64,000 nt of DNA from Macrostomum lignano (lineage: Eukaryota), in contig NIVC01000767.1 of the NCBI GenBank assembly GCA_002269645.1, positions 175,840 to 239,839 on the forward strand, read 5' to 3'. Positions 63,001 through 64,000 of the stretch are shown here, in pieces. Position numbers and translations under genes: made by a program. Each line of letters opens with the position of its first letter. Positions within the stretch are counted from its first letter, which is position 1. The notes under the pieces are model-generated. The model ran no database searches and was not told where the DNA came from. It was given only the letters and a program-made list of their open reading frames with translations.

Positions 63001-64000
63001 CCTCCGGCCGCACGGCGACCTCAGCCTGCGAGACCTGAAAGCAGCGGAAGGCCTGCTGACCCTCTCGGACGGAATCCCGTCCACGCTCTGCCCTCCGCTC
63101 AAATTAAAAACCAGAATTCCACCACTTCATGAAGCAAGTGACAAATTGAAACCCCATGATATCCACTGATTCACTGAACGGGTCCCAAATCCACCCCGCC
63201 TCTGGCTACGGCTACTGCATCGTGTCTGGAGGGAGAATCGTGGCGATCTTCTCTCAGCACCTGCTCCACCGGCTTCCAGAACGAAATTCTCGCCATCAGC
63301 TCCTGCGCCATGGAGCTGTATAAACATGCAGCGCGTCTGGGGGAAGGAGATTACCCTCCACTCGGACAGTCAAGCGGCGATCCACGCCCTTAAGCGCACC
63401 ATCACCTGCTCGCGTACAGTCCTCGACTGCATCGGGCAGCTCAACCGCTTAGGCGCCTCTAACAAGGTGTCAGTGGATCCCGGGCACTCGGGCCACCCAG
63501 CAAAGAGTTGCCAAGGCTGGCTCGACCGGTTCTTTTAAAGCTCCCCTGCCCGTGGCCCCCATCCCACCCCGTTTTTACCACTCGGATCAACCAGTGGGTG
63601 GCTTCTAAGCACAGGAAGAGGTGGGCTAACGCCCCCGACTGCCGGAAATCCTTGTCTTTCTTCCGCCTTGCGCAGGGCCATGCTTGGCCTCAACCACAGG
63701 GACATCAGGGCGGTGACCATGGCCCTCTGGGTCATGGCTGTTTTGCCAGGCATCACCGCCTCCAGGGAAAAAATCTGTAGTGAGGAATGCCCCTTCTGCA
63801 TCTCGGTGTCGAGAATGCGGAGCACTTCATATGGGAATGCCCCGCCTTTACTCAGGATAGGCTCACCTACCTCGGCCCAAACCCGGACCTCTGCGACATT
63901 TTCAGGCCGAGAATCTCTGCCAGCTCGTCAGCTACGAGCTACCTAAGGCTACCGGGCGAGCGACCATCCACCTCCTGGACTCTACGGAGGGGGACCGCGC
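60075..64000 (+). mobile_element. Decayed non-LTR retrotransposon with ORF1, APE, RT, RNase H and CCHC (Loa/R1-group-like)
   Basis: APE: LVDYC...NA..HTWGSN..RGE. RT: AKAYRPISL, PNQHALRPGRSIESALH, VLSPIPWNLVMDELL, YLDDVT. RNase H: LHSDSQAAIHAL...LDCIGQLNRLG..PGHSG. CCHC: CPFC...ENAEHFIWECP. Many stops and frameshifts; runs off the window end. Confidence 0.88.
61256..61473. mobile_element. Solo LTR (218 bp) inserted in the LINE endonuclease
   Basis: TGTAG...CTACA ends, 5-bp TSD AGCAA at 61251-61255 and 61474-61478, internal AATAAA. Confidence 0.85.

Overview
Repeat-rich eukaryotic (animal) genomic DNA. GC-rich Ala/Ser/Pro-rich exons are separated by introns filled with minisatellites, a style I associate with the flatworm Macrostomum lignano (inference; I cannot confirm the organism). 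Four multi-exon genes can be built from GT-AG junctions with mostly consistent phases: golgin-84/GOLGA5 (+, 992-7491), a ~10-finger C2H2 protein (+, 9000-14114), a PP2A B56/PPP2R5 subunit (-, 34515-26844), and an adaptor with PH, acidic, Pro-rich and three SH2-like domains (+, 48648-58118). There is also a small orphan ORF (-, 20006-19551). The 35.7-47.9 kb interval is a transposon cluster. It holds a 1.5-kb non-autonomous LTR element with ~99% identical LTRs and a 4-bp TSD, a THAP/P-like relic, a Penelope-like fragment split by a 4.9-kb hAT-like element with an 8-bp TSD, a 98-bp MITE with an 8-bp TSD, and a CORE-SINE-like piece. From ~60 kb to the end is a decayed APE-RT-RNaseH LINE carrying a solo LTR. 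Several coding frameshifts look like long-read indel errors. Most long ORFs in the supplied track are read-throughs of minisatellites. No rRNA, tRNA or CRISPR was seen.
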